A stretch of 64,000 bases of DNA from Balanoglossus misakiensis (taxonomy: Eukaryota; Animalia; Hemichordata). The notes beneath the pieces are model-generated. The model worked only from the letters and a program-made list of their open reading frames with translations. It had not been told where the DNA came from and searched no databases. A program made the position numbers and the translations under genes. The DNA lies in the NCBI GenBank assembly GCA_040954595.2, contig CM082585.2:10404564-10468563 (forward strand), written 5' to 3'. Shown here one piece after another: positions 41,264 to 64,000 of this stretch (its first letter is position 1; each line of letters begins with the position of its first letter).

Positions 41264-44200
41264 GACGACGCTCCTACTGCCAGCGTATCAAGTATTGCGC
41301 AATCAATAGGGTCAACTCAGGTCACACTACGTTCCCGCTGTATACCTCGGTATCTGAAAGACAAACAGGATTAAGTGATAACCTGCGTTGTTACATGTTA
41401 GTGATAAGATTATGGAGATAATACACGGAATACCATCAATGTCCGTTATTCAAATCACAAATTGATCAGAAAAAGTGAAAAGCGACATAGCGAAACAAAT
41501 GGATATTTTGCATAGTCTGTCGATTTCAGGTCAAAGCTCCCCACGATCGAGGACAAGTGCCTTGTATGTAGAGCACCATTGCGTGTTACAACGCCTTCAA
41601 AGCAACGACGAAATTCCATCGCTACATATTAAAAGATTGCCATTCTGACAAAGAAAGTGCGGACGATTTTTATTGTAAACTCATATATTTACCAATGAAC
41701 TTCTGCCGAAAAGGATAAGCTATGTAAGTTGCATGGTAACGCGTCACTTCACTACGAAACAGACAACGAAAATGACCAGGTTCCAGAGCGACGCGTCTAC
41801 CATCAGGTAGGTATGGGCCGTCGTCGACTTAAAACATCAGATTTTTCTCGCGTGAAAACCCACTCTCGGTTTTTCCATATCATAAAACGAAAATCGCATT
41901 TATGAACAAATATTTTTTCTTTAATAAGTCGATCTAACTGTTGCCTCGACGTACATATTAACTATATACGCGCACGTTTCAGCAATTAACATGTCGCTGG
42001 GTCACTAAACGGTCAAGTACAAGTTTTTGCTCTGCGCTGCTTAAAGTTCCGTTTGTACTTTCCTGTGGATCTGTACAAGAATTCTCTCTTCAGCGAAATA
42101 AAATATAGCAATAATAAAACGCATTTTAAATATTAAATATGTATCTTAGCTCTTTGTTCGAAAGAAAAAGCCCGTTTGCACAAATGATGGTGCTACGTGA
42201 CTGATGGAGTTTGCCGGCTAGCACAGCGCGTGGAGATCGAGACAAAGGCACAGTTCAGTTTGTCGACTGTAGCAATTATTTAAGAGGCATATTTCAACAC
42301 ATAAAATATCGATCGCTGTCAAAATAATATTTGCATAATGTCGGTTATCGTCGTAACTCTTGATTGGATTGGGAAATGAGGGAAAAGCAAGAGAAAACTC
42401 TCACCTGAAAAGATCTGCACACACTAGGACCCGGTGCACGATGTACGGCGAACGTGCAAAGATGTCTGCCAACCTCATATATTAAGTATCTGCATAAGTG
42501 AAAGGCTGACCAGGTCATATGCAAATAGCTGCCTGCTTTATATGAAGAAAGGAGTACGTTACAAGGCCTGCGTAAGGTCAACTCAAGGTCGAGCGTCTTC
42601 AAGGGGTCAGTTTTGGTGAACGATACATTTATAATATCATAAAGTTACAGTTTTCATCAGTTACGTTTTGATATTTTGACATTGTCACAATGCTAATTCA
42701 GATTTCACGGAGAGCAGGAAATTTAATTTAATCCAATTTTAATTTCTATCACTAGGGACAATTTGTGCCTAAAGACAAGTTGTGTTTCAGTTCAGCCAAG
42801 GAAAACTAGGAAATTTTGCCATATAGTCAGTGATATGTTGCCCTGGATATTATAATCCCATTAGGGTATGAATCATGATTGAGAATTTGCAGGATATGTC
42901 CATTGCAGTGTTGTGATACCTCCAGACATATATTGTATGTTACACCAACAATTGGAAATAAATGACCACAAGTATCTGTCAATAAGCTTGTATGACAATT
43001 GAAACCTTTCATCACCTTCTAAGTAAATTGAACTGAATAGGATCTACAAGGCTGAAGTCAATGTCATTAGACATTGAGTCCACTACTGTATAATGTTTCT
43101 CATTGTTGCCCTGCCGATGCCTTTGAAGCATTCTTTAAATATGAGAGAAAATCGCAAAAATTGCAATATCCTGAAATTCTTCCTTACCGTTTGATGTATT
43201 TTAATTCCCTTTTACAAAGATGATGGTGACCGGATACAGTTATTGATATGTCTGCTGTAATGTCTTCAAAGCCTACACAAAAGTGCAACAGCCGAGAATT
43301 CTTTTTACACAGAACAGAAAAGATGAACTCTGACCTTATACGATTCAGACTCCAGACAAGTGTTCACTTTTCTTTTTCGGTTCGACTAGACATAAGTAGA
43401 ATAGTAATAATTCTGAACTAATGTTTTATTTTACAAAATAAAAAGACTTTTTAGTGACCTAGATTAACTGAAATAAATAGGTTTCTCAAGAACTGCAGAA
43501 GAATAACCAGATAAGACTGTGTACCATGTCAGGTCTGTTTTTCCTTCAAACTATTAAGTGTCACTAATATTTCATTTTGACTCTGCTTGCTGATTGGTCA
43601 AGGCGTTGTGTGGCAGCGTGGTCATAAGATCTGAAGGTCATAGGTCATAATGAAGCAGTTGACAGGCATTTATATGGCACTTTGACTTTTGTGTGCTTTA
43701 CATACAGTCTCTCCTTGGATACCTGATTTTCCTGTTGGAAGAGTATTATGAACCGACGTTGTACGAGTGTAGAGTAGAGTAGCGTATAAGATTCCAAAAG
43801 GAAATGTCTTGATACTGTGTACAGCTTTCCATTGATTGATTAATTAATTAATTAATTCATTGATTCACCTTGTTTAAACTTCACGAGAAGTTTACTAGCG
43901 AACACAATTGTCAAGCTTCATCTAAATGTATATACCAATCACATTTCTATTTTTCTTTAAGTCTGATCCTTTCACCAACATGGTTCAGTCAAAACCCATT
44001 GTTTTCTATGGTAAAGTTGGATCTCTATAGAAGGAACTGGGGTTGAAAGGGAAGGTTCAGACAGTCTGCATCAGGAGCAACAAAGCCATTGAAATTAACC
44101 ATTATACATCATGTATATGTGGATTCTATTTATACATAAGCATGCATTCAATCATGCATGGCAAATGCCTGCAGCTTCCCAGCAGCCATTGGGTTTTTAA

Positions 44201-47200
44201 CCTCCACACAAAGCTCTAAGAGTTACCTTCACTGATTGAACCCGACTTACCTGTCAATGCAATTGCCCCTCCCACTAAACAAAAGGAAATGTGCATTTTG
44301 CAACCTAATACAGGGGATGACAGATCGGCAATACAAAAGGTTGCTTTTGAACTCTCTTCACTTGTTTTAAGGACAGTGTTATGTATATATTAACACCAAC
44401 ATATGTAATGGAAATATAAGCTATTTTGATGATAAGCTGAAAACCAAAAATAAAGCGTGAAAGAGCATGAAAGCTAACCTCTCTTGTAGCCTTGACAACA
44501 ACAAAGCATCTGCACTATTTTATCACTTTGCTACAGAAGGTTGCCTTGGCAACCGGTGCATAATGTGACCCCATGACCACTTACGTGTAAGTGAATGTCT
44601 TGCGTGCAAGGAAAACGTGTTACTAAAAGGTCAATAGCCGTTATAACTGAAGGTTATCAGGCCGTCGACACGTACTCCCAATATGCTAGCTTGCACTAGA
44701 TCTTATGACATAAGTAAAATGTTTGCCTCAGCGTATTAACTCAAAGTTCCTTTGCTTTGGAAAAAACAATTGAACTGTATCAGTGATTTGATGGAAAGCT
44801 GCAATTTATCAGACTGGGAAATTGTGTTGGATGCTTGCTGTTTATTGAAAGAATAAATTACTGTGTTGCCACCATTGCCCTAAAACGATCAAAATTGTGT
44901 ATTTAATTTAAGATTTCACCCGTCAACACGTGTGGTACAATGTTGCTGCCCTACATGACCTCATTTTGCAATATTTGACCTCATTGCTCTACATTTGGAG
45001 CATGTATTTTCACCCCTTTCAACGCCGTGGTTTGGTCCAAATCCATTGTTTTCTATGGTGAAGTTGGACTGCCATAGCTGCAGACAGGGGGGACAGCTAG
45101 CTAGGTTAAGACTTGCGATTTTGTGCAACATTGAAATGACGAACGTACAGTGTAATGTAAAATGGTGCCGATTTCCATGGCTAGAGCCTTATATAAAGAC
45201 ATTCACTCGATCCACTGTGTCCGTTTGGCTGTGTCCCACAGAGCGTGTGCTAGCTTGTCTTGAGGTTTACTGGAATGATAGCCATGTAACAATCACATAA
45301 ATCACACTGAAGTAGCGGTTGGCCGCAACAGCCACTACCAGGCACATTTTGGATACAAAACAAATACTAAGAAACCATGTATCTCAGTTATAAAACAACC
45401 ACAGCTCAATTTAGCAGCATGTTTGTGTCAATTTATATGGGAAATTGGGTGCCAGAAATTCATATTGAGAGTGTCACAGGTACAGGTTAGTTAGGATTTG
45501 GTTTAGTAACGGGAGATATATTACATGTCTAGATTTTCTGCCACACTGACATTGAATCAGAAATGTGAAATTCACCTTGGGAGTTCTATAATGATCCATT
45601 TCACTTTGAACTTCTGTTGTACAACAGAGGGCAATTATGTCAGGGTCAGAACAGGTCATTGTATTTTTAGCGTATGCCAAGGTATGATTGAAGTCTGTGT
45701 GTGACGCACAATCATCTCTGTGAACATCGACTTCTTCTATTTCGGATGACATTGTAATAGGGGTGAATAATCATTCACAATGAATTCAGCTAGCAAGGTC
45801 ACATATCAGTTCTGGAACAGGACAACAATTTTGGATTCAGCAGAACAGAAGCATAAAATTAGTATATACCAACCAAACATAACCGAGTCCCCCTTTTCAC
45901 ACGAAGGACCCAGGTGGATCCACATTTTCAACTCCACACACTTCAAACAAGGAAGTACATTCAAAATCAGATATTTAACAGCCTTTATTCACTTTATCTA
46001 CATTTCTATGAAGTACATACCAGTGTCTATCATTTCTGCAATTGCCAATAAGAGATGATTTCTAGCTTATTATAGATTCAATTTAAATATACTGGTGACC
46101 TGCACCTTGCGAGCTGCCATGCTGACAACTCATTGCCCTTATTGGTGGACAACATTACATTCTATGTGTAATAACAACAGGACTAGCCAATCAGATTGTG
46201 TATTGTCAGTCACTGCATACTGATTGGCTGACAGAATTGGGCATGTGCATGCAATATACTCGAGTAGCCAATCAGGATGTGTCTTATAACTAAGAGTATG
46301 CTTATTGGCTGAACAGCAGGTTCGCCAATGATTGGTGTTTCAGATTATGACCATTGTGTTCCCAGGCTCTACAGTTGAGGTGAAATGATTAAAAATTTGA
46401 AAAGTCTACTAATATTTACTAATACTACCACTTTTCCATTTTCTTGTTCCTTGTAACCTAAATTTAGACACTGAGAACCATACACTATATAACCTGGTCT
46501 AATAACCTGATTACAAGTTATAATAAATTAGACTTCAGGTTAAAGTACATCTCTCACTTGAAAATAGCCATATCATGACAGCAGAGCTATGTAATAATAT
46601 TTGATTATATGACAAATGCTTCTTTGATTGTAAATTAGCCATTTCCTTCTTGTAAAATAAACTTGAAATTAAATTTGATACAATTCTTTACAAAAATAAC
46701 AAATTATTTGTGCAATATATAGCAAAAGTACAAACATTTCCAAAGACTATAATTTGCTTTTTTGAAATGAAAAGTAACATTTGTTTCGAAGGGATGATAT
46801 CTGGTACTGATTGACAACTCCATGATATGACACCAAGCTGTGTATTCAACAAATAAGCAAATCCAAATAAATCAGAAATATTAGAAATGAAAAAGCTTCA
46901 GACAGCGCAGGTGTGTATACTGTGCACAGATGATAAATTGTTTTGCGTAAAGTAAATACATAAGATATCATGCACATAGAAACACTGACATAAACTCTTC
47001 ATAAAATACTGTCAGAGTTGTCAAACTTTAACTTCTGATGAATAGCAAATATGACAAATTACACATTGGTTTTAGCAGTAGTGGTCAGTTTGTCGTCATC
47101 AAAGTACTCGACAATCAGATGAAGTGATCGTCTGTAAAATATCAATTGTATCACGTGCAAACACAGCTGTCCAGTTCCCCTATCTGCTTTTAATCAAACG

Positions 47201-47269
47201 GAAAGCGAAGTCTTTTTCCAGCTCTGGTTAAAATACAAAAAAACTGAAAAACTATTTATCCTGAGAGAA

Positions 47270-52003
<4,734 letters not shown>

Positions 52004-52669
52004 CTTGCACTAACTAACAGCACATATACACATGACAATATTCGGTCCTGAAACCGGGAAACACGCTCGATCGCACTGGAAGCTGATCACTTAGATTTCG
52101 GTACTTCCTCATACAAGTGATATGCAAATGCATCACATGGCTTGGGTCAAAGTTGAAGTGGGAGGTGGGCGTGGCAGTTTTGATGCAGTGCGACCTGAGT
52201 TACTGCCAAAGTGGTACTAAAATGTGTACGTAAATATGATTTGAAATGTTTAAGTTTTGGAAGAATTAGAGTTTATGCCGAATCGCATGCCATCTTAATA
52301 TCCGAAAAATAAAAATGACTACCCCGAGTGAACACAAAAAAGGGCACGAAAAAAGGGTCAAAAAGTAGAGACGCATAACTTTCTGTGTGTTGAGAAGAGA
52401 AGAGAAGATTATGGATTTCTATTTTAGAAAAAAAAATATTTCAGATTAAAACAAAATTGAGTGAAACACGAGTTTATACTGAATGTGTTCAGTTCTCTCA
52501 AAATGACCCTGAACTTATAGACAAGATTGGACCGGCCTTATAATAACGGGTCACCTCAAATGCCCTTGTCGAAACCCTAGCAACAGGTCTGGGCCGAGAT
52601 GGTCTCTCGTGACCTCTCTGGCAGGTCACAGTGAACGAGTTGTATTGTGGGAGGTCACATCCGAGCAAA
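52004..52669. promoter_or_regulatory. Probable bidirectional promoter shared by SHARK and ATG16L1
   Basis: The divergent ATGs are ~670 bp apart. Contains ETS ACTTCCTC (52103-52110), octamer ATGCAAAT (52122-52129), GC box GGGCGTGGC (~52167), several GTCAC half-sites near ATG16L1, and YY1-like AAAATGGCGG at the ATG16L1 start. Confidence 0.55.
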
Positions 52670-56869
<4,200 letters not shown>

Positions 56870-59800
56870 AACTTGCAAACTCAACTCTAAGAAAGATGGC
56901 TATCCTATACTTAATTCCAACTTGCATCTGCTGTAAATCAATGCCTAGCTGCTTGGGGAGTTTTTGTTTTGTGTCGACCATTACATACACTCTGCTCCCC
57001 TCCCCCTCCCTCCCCTTTGACCCTCAAACAAATAACATTTACAAAATCAATGGGTTTTATGATATGATCCAATATGGACGCCTAACGCTAGGTGACCAGT
57101 TTCTAACTTTTCATACATGATGCCATTACTCACATGTACATGTAGTTAAACCCAGTGTCATTTGAACTAGACACATGCACCTGTGTATTAACATGTTGGT
57201 GTTTAGTGTTTTGGGATACAATCCAACATTGTGCCAGGTAGTCATTTTGTAAACAATCGTCTTATGTCTGGTACCATTACTGATTTCGTCTCACCATGAA
57301 TCTGGTCAGTGTTTCAAAATATTAAGATCCTGCGGGAACTATGTCATTGACAATGACTTGTTTATTTTTCTAAAAGTATTTTGAGTTTAGTCGCTTTCCA
57401 CTTCAGTTTGTACTAGTGTCCACAGTATTATACTTTGTTTTAAGACATTTAAAATGTCTGTTGGCAGCGCAAGACCACCAAACTGCTTTTTACATTACAG
57501 AGACGTAGATCAGTGTAAGTTATAATTTAGTAATCTGGTTGTCAGAGATGGGTTTATACCATTATAAAACTTAAGTATACTAATTATGACGTAAATCTCT
57601 CAGAATAATATATCTGTTAGTATATAGTATTATTGAAATGGTGTATATTTTGATGCATGTAAGCTTTCATTGTGCATGGTAAGTATGGCAACATGATGGT
57701 GACGTTATGGAGGTATAGAGGTCAAAGGTCATATCCATGACTTCAAGTGTACATTTTGTGATGGTTGTGAATTTAAAAATCAGTGTATATAAAATAAATT
57801 TATAAACTTTACAAATAATTTGTATGCCGCGGGTTTTTGTCTCATTGCTATAAATGTTGATTTCGTGTGTGGGATAAAATCGTCTCCTGCTTAAATCTTA
57901 AACACTGACTGATGTTGCTAGTGCAGTAGTGTTGAAACTGCCAACACACAACGATGTTACTCTGTTGAGGGCGCTGTTTGACATGGGCAGTTTGGCACAG
58001 TTCCAAACCCAAACCGATAAAATGAGATAATATACTTGTTTACCCTGACTGGTGTGAAACAAATTTCTGTATATAATGACATTGCTTAAAGCTGCTTATA
58101 ATTTTTTTTGCAGTTAATGAAGTCTATCTGCGTGAAATTAAAAAAAATATGTCCAAGGTAGCAGATATCGTCGCATAACAAGACATAGTTTGTTTATTTG
58201 GAACGCAAATATAATTTTATCATAACATAAAATAGTTTTAGTTCGGGAAAACAATTTGGGGCTTAGGCAAAATAATGTTTTGATACGTCTGTTATCGTAT
58301 AAGCCTGGAAATGCTGCGTCAATATTTTCCAAAGTGTACTCTTGTTATTTTTATTTTGCATTACCTAAAATTGACATTAGTGATCCTTCATATTTTCTCG
58401 TGCTCGCTACAAATACTTCATGTGACTATTATGGTTTATTTGCTGCATTCAATTGTGAATTGGATATTAATCCGTCCTGCCTGCTGGCTTGTTGTCATAT
58501 TGCTTTAGACTCCATGTTTTCTGTACACTGGTCATTACGTCATACCCCTTTCTCGACACTTGACACCATACGCCAGCAAAATTGCGTCAAGAGTGACGGA
58601 GACGTCATCACCAATACTCAATAAGCCGAATGTAGCTATAGCATCATGGCGCGCATGTCGTTGAAAGACCACGCAAGACCTGAGATCACGCTTGTCTGAC
58701 AATCATTATCTGTGACGCAAATGGTGACTTATTGTAATGCAAGTTGGAACGAATGTTTCTGGCAGATTTGTGAATACTAATACAGGATACAAAAGTTGAC
58801 GAGTCCCTTGAAATTTTCTTTTGTGTGTTACTTGCAAAGAAAACAGCGAGAGTCTTTTCTTAGTGTACAGCGCATAAACCGTGCCTGTGTTATCGATTTT
58901 GATAAATTAGTTCAAATTTACTACATTGTGACATAAAGCTTTCAAACTTACCTTGTTTGTTATCATGTTAACAGATTACAAATATTGAGTTATGCATTTT
59001 CTCACTGTTTGTGGTGATTTTTATTTTTTGCGTTTTCATCTTTCGCTATGTAAGCCAATCCCTTCTTTGTGTATAGCCCAGAGGCCTTGAAATTCAAATG
59101 AAGTGACATGTGAAGACATGCTGAATTGAAATAGAAATTCAATCTACCGGCAGATGTACATCATTTCCCCTGTATTCATGATGCTTCATTCAGCAGGGAA
59201 AATAATTATGATCGTACCCATCCATATTTCAGCAAAAATTATATGACGAGTTGCATGAATAAATGTTGAACAACCTCCGGAATTGTACTAAGTTTTGAGT
59301 CTACTGGAAATTGTCTCTCTGGCACGCCATTTACCACGTTCAACAGGACAAATAATGATAAGGGTTTACAAGACTTCGTGGCCATTTACGAATCTGTCCA
59401 ACAAAAGTATGAACAACGAGTTTATAAAGTCTGTGTGAAGTCCATGCGAAAAGCTTACGTTGAAAGCATGCGGGAAACGCCCACGATTTCGCCGACAATT
59501 TTTTTACTCATACCCATAAAATTTGTAATATTTTTAATGTGCGAGAAAATTCAGACCAAAAACTTCACCACCTGGAATGTCTCGGAATGAAGGTTCATGG
59601 TTTGTGAGACTATCACGACAAGAACGTGACAGTAGCTTATATAGTCTATTCTCTCGTTGACACCGTGCCTACTTGGACATATAACAATCTGATTGTCATC
59701 AATTTATCTCACGTATTACACATATTGCCTCTATAAAAAAATTTCATTTTACACGTCACGAATACACCTGCCTCTTATGAGACCTACCTCCTTCCTACGA

Positions 59801-62800
59801 AAAGCTGTTATACCTGGTATCACTTTTATGGTGACGCAAAAAAAATGCGCGATTTCTTGTTCTAAAACTAGTATTTCTTTTATTTGCTCAGCATAATGTT
59901 TCGTTAATTTTTATGTGACTGTTAACTGCAACCATACCACCATGCTGAATGAGCACTGGTACTTTGCAAGTACAGAAAGATTGGACAGAAAACCGCAATG
60001 ACGCACCCAATATTGCGCTGATGCTTTGCGCGTGTACAGCCGCGGGTCCCGATATTTCACATCATGTCGATGCTATTGTTGTAGTACAACAATGTTATAT
60101 GCGGGTACCCTTTGTTGCTGACGACCACACAAATCTGAATCCCAATCAGACTTACTTTCGATTCCACGAAATTATTTATTTTGGATCAACTGTACGGTCT
60201 TTGCTAGTCACAGCCGCAGAAACACCAGCCGTTGTGGCGTTTATCTTGGAAAGAAATCGTCCCGATAGCGCACGCATATTTTTGCCAACGATCGTGTGTG
60301 ATTAGAAGTTGAGCAAGAATTTAATTTAATTCTTCCCTTTTATGCTATTATGATATTTATGATATTAATTGAAATTTTGAAGCAATCGTCAGTAGTGGGC
60401 GTGTCCAACTGACCGTGGAAATTAAGATGACAGTATTTTGATGAATTGAGTTGAATCAATCCGATAATTAGTCAAGACCGAGAGATTGAATTGTTATTGT
60501 GATGGTTCCGATTATTGGGCTTGACGATGCATCACCATGACGAAACACGTGACACAAGGTCACCCCCCACCCCAATGTCATCTGCACGTTCCCTGCAGTC
60601 CTTACTGTACACGCTGGTCACGCGGCAGGACACATTTTTGGCCAGTGGACACTGCCTCTAATTTCGATAATCCTCTTCAATCTGCTCATTTTCCAAATTA
60701 ATGACTACGACTTAATAATGATAACAATATTGCGAAGTTAATAGATTAATGTCATAATAATGACAATATTACATTTTAATCCGTCTTTAGTGTGATAACA
60801 AAGGCCGCTGATGGTGGCATTGTTCTCATAATACTGTCCTCACGGGGTAAAACATGTGTCTCTTCCTGGATGTACGACATACTAGAGTCCCAAAACTTTT
60901 ATTTACCTTGAAATATAGCATTCTTTTTCTTTATTTTTGAGTTCTATCTATCACCTGTAAGCCATTTGGGATAGGGTATGACGTTTTTCACAGAGCAACC
61001 TCACAGCATAGTCTATTTGCGAATTCCTGGTGGGAATACCAAACCATCTATCATTTATGAATATTTGACAATTTACACATTAAAATTGCTGCTAAACGTC
61101 GGGATACAATGTCAGTGTAATGACGCAAACTGACGATTTGGAATCTATAACAAATTGACAAATAAAGACGAACAGTGAAAGCAATTTGCAGATCGGATAT
61201 TGCATTAATGATGTTCAATGATGTGTTAATATAGAGAACAGAGCGAATGGTGTTTATTTAAATCCAAGGGGGAAAAGTTGCAAAACAACTTTTTTTAAAA
61301 AACGTACTTGCGGCAACGAACCACCGCCATCATTACCATCCACAGCAGCAGCCAACAAAAATGCCCACGGTTTACATCTTATTGAATCGAGAAAGAACAA
61401 AGCTAGTGACATTTTTGCTGTAGTTCGCGAAATTTCGTATTTTCTAATACCAAATCATAAAAGCCACTTTTGGGATTTACATTATTCGCTCAAAACTACG
61501 TAGCTAGAGGGCCTTTTCAAGATCACGTGATTTACATATAACCCAGGCAGCGGTGTCCTCCTTCGTGCATACACAGTGTGGATCGGCACCTTGAATCACG
61601 TATAACATAGGTTGACCCGCCGCCCACACGGCGTATTCATCGCTACGACGTCTCGTTTCCGAGTCTGTGATCGTCAGCAGAGCGCCAGACCTTGCTGAAA
61701 ACATCGATTGGAAGAAGGCGTGTCAGCGATATTGGCGAACGCAGCTGGGCATTCCATCCCCACAACACAACAACATTGGTCAATCAGACAGTCTGAGTAC
61801 GAGTGTGAAACGGTACGTGTACACATCAATCTGGTCGTCTGACACTTCATTCCCCAATAGCGTTCCCAGTTACCGTCGCCCAGCGCCGTTCGAAGCCTCT
61901 CTGTAGGTGTTATTGACCTTGGTCGTAGCCAGTGACCACCGTTGACCAAAAATTCCGAGTTTATTCAAAGATTTGGACATTTCAACGCTGTCTTTCAGCA
62001 GACGACAAGCATCATCGACGGTCGAGGATTTGTTGATCAATTCAGGATTCCTATATCGGTTACTATCCGCATCCAAACGAAGCGTCTGTACACCAACGAA
62101 TGGCATCAACTGGGAAAAACTCAGAAAACGGTCCGAAAATGGAAGGAAGTCTAGACCAAGTGAAAAAATCAGGCACTAGGTAAGATAATATGATAAACAT
62201 TGTGTCGGTCGGGCCTCTTCTATAGAAAGCCGTGATCTTGTGCATTTCACACGTTGTCTTGTGCATTTCATATTTGTCTTGTGCATTTCATATGTCAATT
62301 GCAGCCTTGGCTAGCTTGGCCTACAGGACAGTAGTAGCCTATCTTGACCAGGTCTTGAAAATGTGCAATTTATTTTATTTCTTCTATGTACACAACATCG
62401 AATGGATATCTGTAATATCTGTTATGAGCCCATTGTATTATTATTGTTCTGATTCAGTTATTAATATTATAAAAATAAAATAATAATAATAATTATAATT
62501 TTTATTATTATTAATATTTTATTATTATTATTACAATTTAATTATACTTTGAACATATCCAGACCAGTCGTTTAAATTAGTCAATGTGTCAGGCATTTGT
62601 TAGCGTCGTTAGTGGGGCATCAGTGTATGCCAATTAATTTGCCTGTTGGGACTGAAGAATATAATGAAATGCAAATGTGAGGGAAGCTGAGTGTGAGAAC
62701 GAGATTTATCACTTTGGGTTGACGTGTAATTTTGAATATAAATTCTTTTACCTGGGACTCCCCATTTAAGCTCGCAACATTAATTTACATTAAACTCAGC

Positions 62801-63016
62801 ATTCTGTCACATTGTGAATAATTGAGGTACTTTGCGAATCAGTCAAGCTTTGTTTTCGTACTGATTTAGAGATATGCAATGCCAAGGAAGGGAGTGGGTG
62901 ATATGCAGGATCTTAAGGCTTGTCTGGGCCACTCGGAGACATGAATTCTGGAGGCAGGTCCAGATCTTGTCAAAGGATTTGGTAGAGATGTTGAATATTG
63001 CATGGGAGCCACTGCT

Positions 63017-63493
63017 GTTGCCGTGGCAACAGGCTATATCAACCCTGGGGATGCATTTAATTTTGTTTTTGTTTTTGCCAATGTGCCGCAGCAGAGGGCT
63101 CGTTTGCAAGGTTGAAAGTTGATAATGAATCCCCATGGTTACTTCAGCAGATCTCTGATTATGAGGAGGTCTGTTTCTGATGTGTTTGTTTTCAGCAAAA
63201 CTCTGCATAGCGCTTCAGCGATCATCTCATCTGGGTTTTCTTTCGAGTCAGCGTTCCTCCAAAGATTTAGTAGCAGAGGCACATGCTGATTGTAATAAAC
63301 GGTTGCTTAGGTAACAGTTGGTTGCCTAGGTAACAGTGTTGTGTTGTTGTTTTATGGGGGGGGGGGACATCCTCAAGCCAGAGAACGAAATAAAGTGACA
63401 ATGGTCGTCATGTTTTTTCAGCAAAAGCTTGTAATTTCAAACCAGTTCACCTAGATTGGTCCCTGTCGTGATGGTTACAGTTACCGTGGTAAC
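63017..63493. promoter_or_regulatory. Cluster of four RFX X-box-like palindromes
   Basis: GTTGCCGTGGCAAC (63017-63030), GTTGCTTAGGTAAC and GTTGCCTAGGTAAC in tandem (63302-63334), GTTACCGTGGTAAC (63480-63493). Confidence 0.45.
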
Positions 63494-64000
63494 CACCATA
63501 TGTTATTCAAATTCTTTAAGTGCTGCACCTTGCCTTGGAGGATTTCTTTAAATTTTTGAAATCAAAATGTAGGAATGTTTTAATATCTGACGTAGGCTTG
63601 GCAAAGATGTGGATGCGGATGCCTGCTTTAATATTTAATGCATGTTTGTTGGCATTGTTACCGAGAATGATGGCTTCGATTTTTCAATCCTTTGTTATCT
63701 TGTTAATGTTATCACAGAATGTAAGTGTTCCTAGATGTCATGGAATTTTAAAAGGAAAGCCATAGAAAATCCTGAAATATAAAATTTTCTCTTTGGACCT
63801 ACTGGAAAAAATGGTCAAAATAAAGCGACTTTGTCCCTTTAAGATAAAACTGAACAGTGGGAAGACATAATGCAGCTGTCTCTGTTTCTTACCAGGTTTC
63901 TCTTAACATGTACATATTTATTCTGTTCCTCAGTTTCGACACCGCTGTTTTATTTAAGAAGCTTCCAAGCCTTAGGTTTGGTTGCATATTCAATGTATCT

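Noticed and set aside
61830-62070. Faint CABIT-domain resemblance (WSS...SYRRP; FVDQFRIPISVTI)
   Set aside because: The two pieces are short and in different frames; this cannot be supported without a profile search.

Overview
Intron-rich, AT-rich invertebrate animal DNA. A SHARK kinase argues against a vertebrate; an invertebrate deuterostome such as a hemichordate or echinoderm is my best guess. Recognisable genes: the 3' part of VWA8 (+, to 7845), an oxalate:formate-antiporter-like MFS transporter (-, 37731-41263), a SHARK/HTK16 tyrosine kinase (-, 47270-52003) and ATG16L1 (+, 52670-56869), the last two head-to-head. Between VWA8 and the MFS gene lies a putative innate-immune cluster that I assembled exon by exon. 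It has three tandem minus-strand paralogues of an unrecognised protein with IL-1/FGF-like beta-trefoil features: one with a signal peptide, one leaderless with a kB site upstream, and one decayed and apparently intronless. It also has a frameshifted remnant of a single-pass receptor with four (D/G)NxxY motifs, and two tandem ARM-TIR-SAM genes with N-myristoylation motifs, an intact TIR catalytic Glu and patchy near-identity suggesting gene conversion. Several MITE-like elements (one with head-to-head telomere-type repeats) and microsatellites are present. I saw no RNA genes or CRISPR arrays. Fold and function calls are inferences from manual motif comparison; no database searches were run.
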